Shown here: positions 1 through 10,403 of the stretch, piece after piece
Numbering within the stretch: the first letter of the stretch is position 1
Layout of the letters: every line of letters begins with the position of its first letter
NCBI GenBank assembly: GCA_963833985.1
Contig: CAWIAD010000002.1
Location: 5,664,001 to 5,728,000 of the forward strand
DNA length: 64,000 nt
Reading direction: 5' to 3'
From: an uncultured Planctomycetaceae bacterium
Lineage (GTDB): Bacteria; Planctomycetota; Planctomycetia; Isosphaerales; Isosphaeraceae
Translations under genes and position numbers: made by a program
Notes under the pieces: model-generated
Told to the model about the DNA's origin: nothing
Database searches by the model: none
What the model saw: the letters and a program-made list of their open reading frames with translations, nothing else

Positions 1-2
1 CG

Positions 3-413
3 CTCGCCGAGGTCTGGATCGACGCCAACTTCAAGGAGACCCAACTGGCGGACCTGCGGATCGGCCAGCGGGTGCGCTGCGAGGTTGATATGTACGGCGG
101 CCGGAGGGAGTTCGAGGGCCGCATCACCGGCTTCACCATGGGGACCGGACAGACCCTGTCGCTGCTCCCGGCGCAGAACGCCACGGGCAACTTCGTGAAG
201 ATCATCCAGCGGCTGCCGGTCCGCATCGAGCTGACCGACTACGACCCGGACAAGGCCCCTCTCTTCGTCGGCCTCTCGGTCGTCCCCTACGTGTACTACA
301 AGGAACGGCCGACGGGGCCCCACGCCGGGGCGGTCCTGCAACCATCGGTCCCTCTGCCGACGGGCCCGGCTGACGCCACGGCCTCAGCCGCGGCGAGCGA
401 AACCCGAAAGTAA
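3..413 (+). CDS. HlyD/EmrA-family membrane fusion protein, C-terminal part (5' end outside window)
   Basis: Frame open from base 3: VWIDANFKETQL...SLLPAQNATGNFVKIIQRLPVRI, typical EmrA motifs; upstream of a DHA2 transporter. Confidence 0.9.
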   Translation, partial: LAEVWIDANFKETQLADLRIGQRVRCEVDMYGGRREFEGRITGFTMGTGQTLSLLPAQNATGNFVKIIQRLPVRIELTDYDPDKAPLFVGLSVVPYVYYKERPTGPHAGAVLQPSVPLPTGPADATASAAASETRK

Positions 414-433
414 GCAAGTCAGGGCTTATTGAA

Positions 434-940
434 GTGGAGTTCCCTCATATGCTCATGCTCTTCATGGTCGCGGCCGTCCTGCTCTTCGGCAGCCTGCTGG
501 TCTACGGGACGGCGATCCACCTGATTGTGCGCGTGGCGGTGGCGCTGATCCGAAGTCGTTCCAGCGACCTGGGATTCTGGAAGAGTACCGCGGTCATGGC
601 GGTGGTTACGGCAATCACGGCGGCCGCGCACCTGACCCAGATCGCCTTCTGGGCGCTGGCCTTGCTTCTGTGCGGGCAGGTCTCGACCCTGGAGGCGGCA
701 TTCTATTTTTCCGCCCAGAATTTCACTTCTCTGGGCTATGGCGACGTCCTGCTGTCCGAAGGGTGGCGGTTACTCGGCCCCCTCGAGGCCGTCAACGGCC
801 TCCTGTTCTTTGGACTGTCAACGGCCGTGTTGTTCGCGATCATGAGCCAGATGATCGCCCATCGCCTGCACACCGAAACCGGATACAAGGGCGAGGCCGC
901 CGGAAACCAGGCGCCTCGTTCGGCGGCCGGCGCCGCGTGA
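434..940 (+). CDS. Two-TM potassium channel family protein (Ion_trans_2)
   Basis: AFYFSAQNFTSLGYGD pore motif, LLGPLEAVNGLL helix. Confidence 0.85.
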   Translation: MEFPHMLMLFMVAAVLLFGSLLVYGTAIHLIVRVAVALIRSRSSDLGFWKSTAVMAVVTAITAAAHLTQIAFWALALLLCGQVSTLEAAFYFSAQNFTSLGYGDVLLSEGWRLLGPLEAVNGLLFFGLSTAVLFAIMSQMIAHRLHTETGYKGEAAGNQAPRSAAGAA

Positions 941-999
941 TCGAGATTAGCATACGAATTCTTATCAAGAGGACATTGGTCCGCCGCGGAGAACTCGTG

Positions 1000-2610
1000 A
1001 TGAGCAGCGTAGCCCTCGCCCCGGCCGCCGTCGGCCGCCCGGCGGTCAACCCCTGGTTCGTCGCCACGGCCGTGGTCATCCCCACGTTCATGGAGATCCT
1101 CGACACCACGATCGCCACCGCCTCGATGCGCTACATCGCCGGCGGCCTGTCGGCGACGATGAACGACAGCGACTGGGTCATGACCAGCTACCTGGCGGCC
1201 AACGCCACCATCCTGCCGATCACCGGTTGGCTCTCGGCCCGCCTGGGCCGCCGCAGGTACTTCCTCCTCTCCATCGCCGTCTTCACCGCCTCCTCGGTCC
1301 TCTGCGGCCTGGCGACCAGCCTTGAGCAGTTGATCCTCTTCCGGGTGATCCAGGGCCTGGCCGGCGGCGGGCTCCAGCCGGCCAGCCAGGGGATCCTCAT
1401 CGACGGCTTCCCGCCCGAAAAGCAGGGCACGGCCATGACGGTGTTCGGCGTGGCCGGGCTGACCGCCCCGGTCATCGGCCCGACCCTCGGCGGCTACATC
1501 ACCGTCAACTTCAACTGGAGGTGGATCTTCCTGATCAACCTCCCGATCGGCGTCCTTGGATACCTGATGTGCCACTTCGCGGTCGAGGACCCCAAATACC
1601 TCAAGGAGGAGCGGGCGGAGCTGAGGAAGAAGCCGCTCAACTTCGACACCATCGGCCTGGGGCTGCTCGCCCTGATGATGACTAGCTGGGAAGTCCTGCT
1701 CAGCAAGGGGCAGGAGTGGGACTGGTACAACGACCCCTTCTACAAGGCCCAGACGCTGGCCGTGCTGTTCGTCGTCTGCCTGGGCGCCCTGGTCTTCCGG
1801 GAGCTGAGGATCGCCCACCCGGTGGTCAACTTCCGGCCGCTGGCCGAGCGTAACCTCGCGGCCTCCAGCGTCATCATCTTCTGTGCCTACGGAGTCCTCT
1901 ACGGCGCCAGCGTGACCCTGCCGTCCCTGCTCCAGTCCCTGTTCGGCTACGACGCCTTCGTCTCCGGGCTGGTGATGTCGCCCTCCGGCGTCTTCTCCAT
2001 CCTGGTGATGCTGGTCGTCGGCGTCCTCCTGGGCCGGGGCAGCGACGCGCGCTGGCTGATCGCCGCGGGCCTGCTTGTCATGGCGGCCGGGTGCTACTGG
2101 ATGGCGAGGATGAACCTGTACATCAGCCCGGGGCAGGTAATCTGGCCGCGGGTGGTGTTGATCTGTGGCCTGTCGTTGCTCTTCGCCCCGATCAACGTGG
2201 CGGCCTTCCGGTACACTCCCGCCCACCTGCGCGGGGCCGCGGTCGGCCTGTTCGCCCTGCTCCGCAACGAGGGGGGCAGCGTCGGCATGTCGATCAACAA
2301 GATCATCGAGCAGCGCCGCGAGCAGTTCCACCTGGCGCGCGTGGGCGAGAACCTCGGGCCTCTGAACACGCACGTGCAGTCCTTCTTCAATCGAAGTCAA
2401 GCCTACTTCATGCAGCAGACGGGTGATCCGGCCCGGTCGCAGCAGATGACACTTCAGACGCTGGACAATCTGCGCCAGCAGCAGGCCATCTCCCTGTCCT
2501 ACTTCGATGTCTTCTGGCTGTTCGCCGTGCTGAGCCTGGGGCTCGTGCTCCTCGTACTGCTGATGAAGCGCTCCGTGGCTGAGAAGGGAGAGTTGATCGG
2601 GGGCGAGTAG
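1000..2610 (+). CDS. DHA2 family (EmrB/QacA) MFS efflux permease
   Basis: FMEILDTTI, WVMTSYL, GPTLGG, WRWIFLINLPIG motifs; ATG at 1000 after GGAG. Confidence 0.93.
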   Translation: MSSVALAPAAVGRPAVNPWFVATAVVIPTFMEILDTTIATASMRYIAGGLSATMNDSDWVMTSYLAANATILPITGWLSARLGRRRYFLLSIAVFTASSVLCGLATSLEQLILFRVIQGLAGGGLQPASQGILIDGFPPEKQGTAMTVFGVAGLTAPVIGPTLGGYITVNFNWRWIFLINLPIGVLGYLMCHFAVEDPKYLKEERAELRKKPLNFDTIGLGLLALMMTSWEVLLSKGQEWDWYNDPFYKAQTLAVLFVVCLGALVFRELRIAHPVVNFRPLAERNLAASSVIIFCAYGVLYGASVTLPSLLQSLFGYDAFVSGLVMSPSGVFSILVMLVVGVLLGRGSDARWLIAAGLLVMAAGCYWMARMNLYISPGQVIWPRVVLICGLSLLFAPINVAAFRYTPAHLRGAAVGLFALLRNEGGSVGMSINKIIEQRREQFHLARVGENLGPLNTHVQSFFNRSQAYFMQQTGDPARSQQMTLQTLDNLRQQQAISLSYFDVFWLFAVLSLGLVLLVLLMKRSVAEKGELIGGE

Positions 2611-2692
2611 GGAAGGCCCGAGCCGCGTCCGAAGCGGGTTTTACCGACTGCCCGGTCGGAGGCCGTCCCGCCAACCGGGTTGGCCGGTAACT

Positions 2693-2772
2693 CCGCGTCT
2701 CTGGAGGCAATGACGGGGCAGATCTACGTGGCGATCGTGATCGCCCGGCTCGTCGCCCTGCATGCGGCAGCG
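2693..2772 (+). pseudogene. Remnant C-terminus of an ion channel family protein
   Basis: Isolated SLEAMTGQIYVAIVIARLVALH, the typical last helix of Ion_trans_2 proteins, with no N-terminal part. Confidence 0.5.
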
Positions 2773-2813
2773 ACGCCACGCGGCGGGGTGCCCGGAGAGG
2801 TCCAATCACGACG

Positions 2814-3044
2814 TTGCTCCAGGGCCCTGTCGCCGAGGCTGAGAAGCTGCCCGTTGCCGATCAGGACGCCATCGCGGCCCGGCTGCTCGCCGAGATTGAG
2901 GACGAACGGCAGTGGAGCGCGCGTTTTGTGGCTACGACCGACGCCCAGTGGGACCGCCTGGTTTCCAAGGTACGCCGCGCCATCGCGGCCGAGCGTACTC
3001 AGCCCCTCGATGAAATCATTCCGCCCGGGGAGGCCCCGGAGTGA
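2814..3044 (+). CDS. Putative antitoxin of a ParE-like TA pair (start uncertain)
   Basis: AEAEKLPVADQDAIAARLLAEIEDERQW pattern; stop overlaps the GTG of the downstream toxin-like frame (GTGA). Confidence 0.6.
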   Translation: MLQGPVAEAEKLPVADQDAIAARLLAEIEDERQWSARFVATTDAQWDRLVSKVRRAIAAERTQPLDEIIPPGEAPE

Positions 3045-3286
3045 GGTCGGTGACGACCGACGAGTTCCGCGACCGTCTCAACAGACTCCCCGTTGCGGCG
3101 CGACAACAGGCGTTTCGCGCCTATGCCCTCTGGCGTGTTGAACCGCACTATCCAGGCCTTCAGTTCAAGTGAGTCAGCCAGCGGCACCCTGTCGACTCGG
3201 CGCGAGTCGGACCAGGACATCGCACTCTGGGGCTCTGGGAAGGTGACAAGATCACCTGTTTCTGGATCGTGTCTCATGCCGAATAG
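3041..3286 (+). pseudogene. ParE/RelE-like toxin pseudogene
   Basis: Manual translation VRSVTTDEFRDRLNRLP...YALWRVEPHYPGLQFK*VSQRHP...ARVGPGHRTLG...CFWIVSHAE*; in-frame TGA at 3170-3172. Confidence 0.7.
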
Positions 3287-3403
3287 GAAGTTGCCTTCGG
3301 CGCGTCCAGCCGTCCCTCGGGCTCCCTCATTCAAACGAATCGAACCCGAGGAACGACGGCTGGCCGCGGGGGTCCCTGGCTCCCCACGGTCCGCTGGGTC
3401 CCG

Positions 3404-3886
3404 TCAGGGCTTCGGTGTCGTGGACGTCGACGTGTCAGGCGCCGACACGGAAGAAGCGCGGATCGTGAGCTGGTCGACCACCCTGGTGATTCCCACGGTG
3501 TCCTCGGCCAGCTCGACGGCCTTCAGCTTCGCCTTGGCGTCGGGCACGGCACCCCGCAGGGTCGCGACGCCGTTCTTGACGTCAAGATCGAGCGAGCTAC
3601 CGGTGAGACTCTTGTCCCAGTGCAAGCGGCCGTAGACGCGCGACGCAACGTCCATGTTGTGAACGGAAGCGCGGGCTTTGTCGTACTGTTCGCGGACCGT
3701 GTCCCCCGCATTGTTCAGCCCGCGCTTGATGGACCGTCCCAGGTCATCGAGCTTCGAGCCGGCCTTCTCACCGGGCCCCTGCTCCTGCGGTTGCTGTTGC
3801 TGCTGCGCCCATGCGACGCCAACGCCCAGCCCACCAGCCAGCGCCAGTAGCTCGGCGGCAATCATCCCACGAAATCGTGTCATCAT
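3404..3886 (-). CDS. BON domain-containing secreted protein
   Basis: Signal peptide; LDVKNGVATLRGAVP...VGITRVVDQLTI BON motif. Confidence 0.85.
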   Translation of the reverse strand: MMTRFRGMIAAELLALAGGLGVGVAWAQQQQQPQEQGPGEKAGSKLDDLGRSIKRGLNNAGDTVREQYDKARASVHNMDVASRVYGRLHWDKSLTGSSLDLDVKNGVATLRGAVPDAKAKLKAVELAEDTVGITRVVDQLTIRASSVSAPDTSTSTTPKP

Positions 3887-4067
3887 GTCAACTCCCTGGT
3901 TTCATACAGAATGACTATCCTCTAATCTCCTTTCCCGGAATTCTGAATGGACGCAAATCCGGGACCATTCGCCGCCACGTCATTGATGTCACGGCACGGG
4001 ACGCTATCTCGTCGCTTCCAGTGACAGGTCGTTCAAGATGGTAAGACGCGAATGGAGGGAGGTCGTC

Positions 4068-4325
4068 ATGCTTCGCTGGTTCTTGTTCAGGCAAGTGATT
4101 GCATTCGATCGTGCATATGCATACGATTCGGCATACGTGCGCGAGATCGTGGATGCGGACCTCGATGCGGCGCTCCGCTTTTCTCGGGTCATGGGCCTGA
4201 CCAAATACCGTAAAGGGGTACCGGCGGATGCCTGTTGCAGCATGCTCCGGAGGCCGGCTCCTTGCGCGAACAGGCCGTCTCAACCTGGGGGCGGAAAGGG
4301 CTCATCTCGCTGGCATTCGCCGTTC
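4068..4325 (+). pseudogene. Internally deleted remnant of a conserved (AhpD-like) protein
   Basis: MLRWFLFRQVIAFDRAYAYDSAYVREIVDAD N-terminus, then a WGRKGLISLAFA piece in another frame. Confidence 0.4.
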
Positions 4326-4339
4326 CGACCCGGACGGCC

Positions 4340-4650
4340 GACGTGCAGTCGCTGACTCCACTGCTGGCCGAGGACGCGGTCTTGCGGTCGGATGGAGGTG
4401 GGAAGAAAGCGGCTGCGCTGGTGCCGATCGTGGGGAGCGCAAGATCGCGCGCTTCTTCAAGGCGCTGGCGAGCAAGGCGGACCTGGCCGGGAACTCTCGT
4501 TACCATCTGGCGCGCATCAATGGCCACCCCGGTTACGTGGTCACCGAGCCCGACGGTTCCCTGATGACCGTTGCCTTCGAATTCTCCGACGCGCGCATCG
4601 TTACCATTCACATCGTGCGCAACCCGCACAAGCTGAGGCACCTGAATGCG
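4340..4650 (+). pseudogene. C-terminal (SnoaL-like) remnant of a SigJ/ECF41 sigma factor
   Basis: LLAEDAVLRSDGGGK...ARINGHPG...IHIVRNPHKLRHL; frameshift near 4435; sigma regions 2 and 4 absent. Confidence 0.75.
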
Positions 4651-4673
4651 TCGTCCTGGCACGAAGACCGAGA

Positions 4674-6687
4674 CTACCGCGATGCCGCCATCACGTAAGA
4701 CACCGACACCATTTCCGGCTGGGCGCCGGTGCGGATCGTGTATTTCATGGGCAGCCTGGTGATCGTCTCGCTGTGCGACTTCGCCTGGCCGTCCTCGGTC
4801 CAGCGGTGGACGACGCGGAAGGGGCGAACGGGCTGGGCCGCGAGCGGGTCGCGGTAGTCGGCATCAACCCGAAAGCTCTGCACCCCGGCCGTGTTGTTGC
4901 CGCTGAGCTCGAACCGGAGCAGAGCGTGACGCGTCCCTCTGGGCCAGTCACCCACGCGGAAGTGTCCGGTACGGCCCTGGGTCGGGCCTCTCATATCGGC
5001 GATCGTACGCCAGGTCTTGCCGCCGTCGCTGCTGGCGACGATATGGACCAGGTCCTTCTCGCTCCGCGCCCGGATCTGGGCGCTGAAGCCCAGCGAGACG
5101 AGGTCGCCGGGCACGTCGACCGGCACCGTCATCCGCCCCGTTCCTCCCTGCCACCAGCACGCATCGTTGCGCAGGCTGACGTTATCGAACCTCAGGCCCA
5201 TCGTGCTGCTCGTCTCGTTCTTGTTGAAGCTTGCATCCGGTGTGATCCGGCAGGCGATCGATCGGGTCGCAATCGTCGGGTCGCGGTCGGCCGCCACGGT
5301 GATCGTGGTCGATCCCTTCCCCAGCCAGGGAAGCGTCCGGGGCGAATGCTGGATGTCGTTCTCGATCTCGAGCGCGTCCAGGCCCGCCTCTCCGGCGAGC
5401 TCGATCCTGATCCAGCAGGCATAGCGTCGGAAGATTTTTTCTTTCAGGTCGATGGCCAGCTCCTCGGGTTTCGTGATGGACCCGGACCAGAGCGAGGTGA
5501 ACGTGCGGGCGTTGTTCGTGGAGATCGATACGTTCAGGCGATCCTCGCTCGAACGGCCCACGGCCCTGAGCCTGAGCTTGCCGCCAAGGTACACGTACGG
5601 TGAGGTCATGGGAATCACCGCAACGCCGCTCTTGCCGGGCTCCCGGACGTGCAGCGCCGGCGTACCGGAGCGACGGACCGCGAGGTTGTCGTGGATCTCG
5701 GTCCCGAGAGCCAGGTCGCCGGCCTTCAGGTTCGGCGCGTAGCGATGCGTGCCGTTGCCGACCACGCCTCCGCGATAGCCGGGAAAGTAGTCCCTGAGGT
5801 AAACGAGGTCGTTCTCGCCAGCGCGAGCACTGAGCCCGTCCCAGCCTGGGTCGGTCTCCATGTTGACGTGCAGGCCGCGGTTGCCGGCGTCGCGCACCAG
5901 CGATTCACCAGGGCGAAGTGAGAACAGAGCCGCGGAAGCCGGCCTGGTAGCCGTACTCGTAAACCTCGCTCTTGCGATCATACTCGACCATGGTGCCGTC
6001 CCAGCCGTGGGTCCGGGCGGGGAAGTAACCGGCGCGTTAAAAGGGGCAATTGGCCAGCAAGGCAGGGCCGGCGGATTTCCAGCCCGACCAGCCATCCTTG
6101 CGCATCAGCTCGAGCAGCCTGGCGCCGTTCTTCTGGTAGCCGGGATGCTGGGCGTACCAGCCGGCCAGCGCGGCGGAGACCTCATCGACGGCGGCCGCGA
6201 CACCATCGGCGGGCCTCGGAAAGTAGTTGATCAGCGAGCCGTCGAACATGTGCCAGCCGTTCCGGTACCAGACCTCGGGCACGCTGTGGCCGTTGAGGAT
6301 TCGGCCTCGCGTCTCGCGTCCATCCTCGCGATTGAGCGCCTCGACCAGCGCCGAGCAGCAGCAGCACATGCAATAGCCGTAAACATTGAAGATCTTCACG
6401 GGATCATGGGCTTCCCAGTCGCCCGCCAGGTACTCATTCGGAGGCGCGGTCTGATAGCGATATTTCACGACGGCCCGCCACAGCGCCTCGGCCCGCTGCT
6501 GGTCAGACATCCCCGGCTTGACGAAGGAATGGACGACGTTCTCCACGGTCGTGACATCGTCGATCTGGTCGGAGAGCACCTTCAACTGGTTCACCCGACC
6601 GCCCGGTTCGCGCGGGGATCGTGACTGGGCCAGAGCGATTGGTGTGATGATCGGAAAGAGGGCCGCGAGCAGGAGGGCGGGTCGCAT
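4674..6687 (-). pseudogene. Secreted transglutaminase-like domain protein, interrupted
   Basis: ORF 6037..6687 (signal peptide, YGYCMCCCCS, GHSVPEV, MFDGS) reads through TAA at 6037-6039 into RAGYFPARTHGWDGTMVEY, then needs a frameshift near 5933 to join ORF 4674..6095. Confidence 0.65.
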
Positions 6688-6804
6688 GGCAGGCCTCGGG
6701 TGGGGATGAGGGTGGCTGCGGAGGGCGGGTCGTTGCTGGCTTCAAGTTTGCCGCGCCGGCACAGGGCGTTCAATGCATTGAGTGTCCGCTCACGGCCAGG
6801 CCCG

Positions 6805-8559
6805 CTACGGCTGCACGGTGCGGGGGCCATAATGCGGCAGTTCGTCTCCCAGTTCGTAGGCGCCCAGGTCGGGGCGCTGGCCACGAAAGCCGTCGTTCCA
6901 GCCGGGGAGCACCTCACCGGCATCGACGGCCCGCGATCGAGGTGCGAGCCGAAGGTCGGTCGATGCCTCGGACATCCGCGCCACATCCCCGGGGGGCTGG
7001 ACACCCGAAGCGAAGAGCCCACGTGTGTCCAGCAGCAGCGCGTGGCGGAGCACGGGAGCACGGATCTGGACGTCTGAGAGCGTACCGTAACGAACCCCGT
7101 TCCAGCGCAGCAAGATCTCGTACGGGCCGCCGGCGAAGCCATCGTAGTCGAAGTCGCAAGCTTTCATGGGCGCCGTGAAATCCATGCCGTAGCGCGCCTG
7201 CGTGCCCACATAGAGGTTGTTGCGGCTGACGCTGTGCCGCACGGCATCGGACGTGCCAAGCTGCGCCGGCGTTCCGTTCTTGACTGACGTGTTGTGGAAG
7301 ATCAGGCAGCCCGAGGGGCTGTTATGCAGCTTGAATGGCTCGGCACCCACGTTGTACATGGCGTTGCGAAAGACATAGACCGGCCCGCCGTAAACGGGTT
7401 GCATGGAGATCCCCTGGAACACGTTGGTGAGCCGGTTGTGAAAGCAGCGGGTGTTCCGCTCGGAGTAGTCCAGCTCGATGCCGTCGTCCGTCAGCTCGCT
7501 GAGGTCGTTGTTGTGGATATCGTTCGCGGCGCAGATGCGCGAGGGGAAGGTGTCGATCGCGTCGGCGAAGCCTCGAATCCGGTTATAGCAGACCACGTGC
7601 CCCTGGCCCGAGATCTGGATGCCGCGTGCGTTTTCAATGCCTTTCGTTCGGGGCCAGGTCGAGGGGCCCTCGATGAGGTTATCGGCGATGAAGTGGTCCT
7701 GCGACATTCCTTCCGTATTGCGAGTCGCCGTGATGCCGTATTCGACGAGGTGGAAGCGGCAGCGGCGGACGACGATCCGGACGGCGTCGTGAAAGACCAG
7801 ACCGTACGTCGCGTTCCGGACGGTGAGGTCCTCGAACCAGACATCGTGCGTGCCCGACGCGGCGATTCCCTGGCCCGGGCGTTCGCTTGCATGGCCCTGG
7901 GCGTCGAGCAGCGTTGCAGCCGCTCCCTGCCCGCGCCAGACGATGGGCCGGCCGGGCACTCCGCTCCGGCGGACGGTCCAGGTTCCCTCGTAGACACCGG
8001 CGGAAACGAGAAACAGGTCGCCGGGCTCCGCGGCCTTGCCGGCGGCTGCCAGGCCGCGAAACGGATCGTTCTGCGACCCGGATCCGCCTCCCGAGCCGGG
8101 GACGACATGGCGGACCCGTGCGGAGGCCGTGAGCCGCGGCTCACACCGGGTCGACGCGTGCAGCATCCGGGTGGCCCGGCCCCCGTCGGGGTCCTCCAGC
8201 GTGAGCCGAAGCTCATGGGAGGTATCCGGCTCGAGGAACAACACACTGCCTGCAAACAGCCAGCCGCCGTCGGGAACCAGCAGCGCACTGCCGCGCTCTT
8301 CCATGAGATGAGCCCGGTGCTCGACGCGGAAGAGCCGCGCACCGCGGTGCCAGGCCGATGAACCCGCCTTGCGATATTCCAGCGTGATGAAGGCGTTCTG
8401 GTTGTCATCGCCCTCGATCGTCCAGGACACGCCCAGCGCGTGCAGCGTGGGCCGCTCCAGGCGCGGCTCGCCCATCGGCCGGGAACGCTCCGCAGCCAGC
8501 GCGGGGAGTCCGGGCACCAGAAGGATCGCGACCAGGATGGAGCGCCTTGGAAGTCTCAT
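6805..8559 (-). CDS. Secreted right-handed parallel beta-helix protein (pectin lyase-like fold)
   Basis: Signal peptide; AEPGDLFLVSAGVY, repeated beta-helix rungs, C-terminal PDLGAYELG. Confidence 0.8.
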   Translation of the reverse strand: MRLPRRSILVAILLVPGLPALAAERSRPMGEPRLERPTLHALGVSWTIEGDDNQNAFITLEYRKAGSSAWHRGARLFRVEHRAHLMEERGSALLVPDGGWLFAGSVLFLEPDTSHELRLTLEDPDGGRATRMLHASTRCEPRLTASARVRHVVPGSGGGSGSQNDPFRGLAAAGKAAEPGDLFLVSAGVYEGTWTVRRSGVPGRPIVWRGQGAAATLLDAQGHASERPGQGIAASGTHDVWFEDLTVRNATYGLVFHDAVRIVVRRCRFHLVEYGITATRNTEGMSQDHFIADNLIEGPSTWPRTKGIENARGIQISGQGHVVCYNRIRGFADAIDTFPSRICAANDIHNNDLSELTDDGIELDYSERNTRCFHNRLTNVFQGISMQPVYGGPVYVFRNAMYNVGAEPFKLHNSPSGCLIFHNTSVKNGTPAQLGTSDAVRHSVSRNNLYVGTQARYGMDFTAPMKACDFDYDGFAGGPYEILLRWNGVRYGTLSDVQIRAPVLRHALLLDTRGLFASGVQPPGDVARMSEASTDLRLAPRSRAVDAGEVLPGWNDGFRGQRPDLGAYELGDELPHYGPRTVQP

Positions 8560-8882
8560 CGTTGATCTCCCCTCTCGTCCTCGAGTTCCTCGAGAGCACG
8601 CTGCTGGCGCGAGTCTACGTTGCCGCTCTGCTCCGAGCAACGCGTCAGCCTCTGCATTCTTGTTCTAGGGTTGTGGGATGGCCCGCGACCGGGACCGCGA
8701 GACCAGCCGTGCTGGTCCGCAACATGCCCCGGAGATCGCCGGAGGATGAGATCTTGATCAGACGACGTCTCCAAAATCGCATGAGTCGACGTCTGAGAAC
8801 CCAATTCGTGGATATATCGGGATAAAATGTCGTGGAAAATCGAAAATTCGTGAGAAATCGATCTTTATTGCTCTGCCGAGGC

Positions 8883-8891
8883 TGTTATATT
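8883..8891 (+). promoter_or_regulatory. Candidate extended -10 promoter (TGtTATATT) for the histone-like gene
   Basis: TGnTATATT in an AT-rich intergenic stretch about 75 nt upstream of 8966. Confidence 0.35.
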
Positions 8892-8965
8892 AACTGATGA
8901 TGCTACTGAAGATCGGCGAATTACCCGATCAACGAGGTGTCAACACCGACTGAGGGTTTTATCCG

Positions 8966-9382
8966 ATGGCTATGAGCAAGACCTCTGGAGAGAGCAAGGA
9001 CAAGGGAGCTGCCAAGAAGGCCGCCCCCAAGGCGACCGCGGTCAAGAAGGCCGCCCCGAAGAAGACGGCCCCGGCCGCCAAGGCGAGCGTCAAGAAGTCC
9101 GCTCCCAAGTCGACGGCCAAGAAGCCCGCTCCCAAGAAGGCAGCCGGGCCCAAGCTGACTCCGCCTCAGATGACCATGCTCGAGGCGATCGCCAAGGTGA
9201 CCGAGCCGCAGGGCTTCGTCGCCGCCAAGAAGCCCGATCAGAAGACAATCGACGCCCTCCTCAAGCACAAGCTCGTGAAGAAGGGCAAGAAGGACGACAA
9301 GACCAAGAACTTCTTCGTCATGATCTCCATGGCGGGCAAGAAGTACCTCAACACCAAGTCGGCCGAGGTCGCCAAGGCCTGA
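8966..9382 (+). CDS. Lys/Ala-rich histone H1-like putative nucleoid-associated protein
   Basis: KKAAPK-type repeats followed by a compact basic domain; strongly biased codons (AAG, GCC) suggest high expression. Confidence 0.75.
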   Translation: MAMSKTSGESKDKGAAKKAAPKATAVKKAAPKKTAPAAKASVKKSAPKSTAKKPAPKKAAGPKLTPPQMTMLEAIAKVTEPQGFVAAKKPDQKTIDALLKHKLVKKGKKDDKTKNFFVMISMAGKKYLNTKSAEVAKA

Positions 9383-10101
9383 CGGCCTGGCCACGCTGAA
9401 CCTCGAACCGGCAACCCGTGCCAGGCAATGTGGACCGGGCGACGGCGGCTTGATGGCTTGTGAACGAGCCTGCCGTGGCCGGTACGCCTCTGTCCGTGCC
9501 TCTCTCCGAGCCTGGCGCGGCGTGCCTGGTCCGGGTCCCTCTGATCTCACGCTGTGTTTCACTCCATGCGCTCGCCTGGCGGCATCCGCCCGGCGAGCGT
9601 TTCTGTTTTGTGCCCGGCGATGGTGCCGCTTCCCCCCTCCCGATGGACGGTCTGCCCGCAGTGGCGTCAGGCCCTTCCACGATCAGAGCGGGCAAGAGGC
9701 AGACGACGCCGTCATGGCCGCGGCATGCCCTCCAGAGCGAAGTCTAGACTTGTCAAGGATGCGGATATTCTGGGCATCGCTGCGCGGCTTGAAGGCGTTC
9801 TGCCCTTGTGCCGGAAAACGGAGTCACGCCTCCTGCGAACAGCAAACAGTGAAACCGTGATCGTTTATGGCTATTAGCTTTCTCGGTTCAGGTGAGGTAT
9901 CTGTTTTGCACTTGCGACCGCCACTCTTCCAGTCCGCCCAAAGACCAGCTGCGATTGTACCCCAGGGAGTACGTGCTTCGGATCTTGTCGCGGCGCCAAC
10001 CTGGCGGCGCGGTCGACCGAAGCTTCCTCATGTCAGCGAGGCCTATGTCCGTGCGATCGGTGCACCGCATTCTCGATGGGTTTCAGGTTGCGTTCATCTC
10101 C

Positions 10102-10302
10102 ATGTCGCGAGCGCTGGTGATTGCCGGGCTCGTGACGGCCTGTGGTTGTGGCGATGCTCCGGGGGCCGGCTCGATCGACATGGCCAGGGCCAAGGAAGCA
10201 GCCAGCACGCGCGGCATTCCCGATCCGGGAACCGCGGCCGCGCCCGCGGCCAGGGCGGCGAAGCCACGCTCCGCCCAGCCGCTTCCCAGGACCAGCCGCT
10301 GA
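10102..10302 (+). CDS. Small putative lipoprotein
   Basis: MSRALVIAGLVTACGCG lipobox-like signal; directly upstream of a DUF1559 gene. Confidence 0.5.
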   Translation: MSRALVIAGLVTACGCGDAPGAGSIDMARAKEAASTRGIPDPGTAAAPAARAAKPRSAQPLPRTSR

Positions 10303-10403
10303 GGGTCAGCTTCCGCGCCCGCGGCACCCGATGCCCCCGAATCTGAGTCGTCCGGACGGCAGGCCTCCGGATGCGTCCGAGATGAGTTTTCCAACATAGG
10401 GAA

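Noticed and set aside
3170..3172. Selenocysteine or recoded TGA in the ParE-like toxin
   Set aside because: The position is not a Cys-type site, the frame has other signs of decay, and TGA is used as a normal stop throughout the window.
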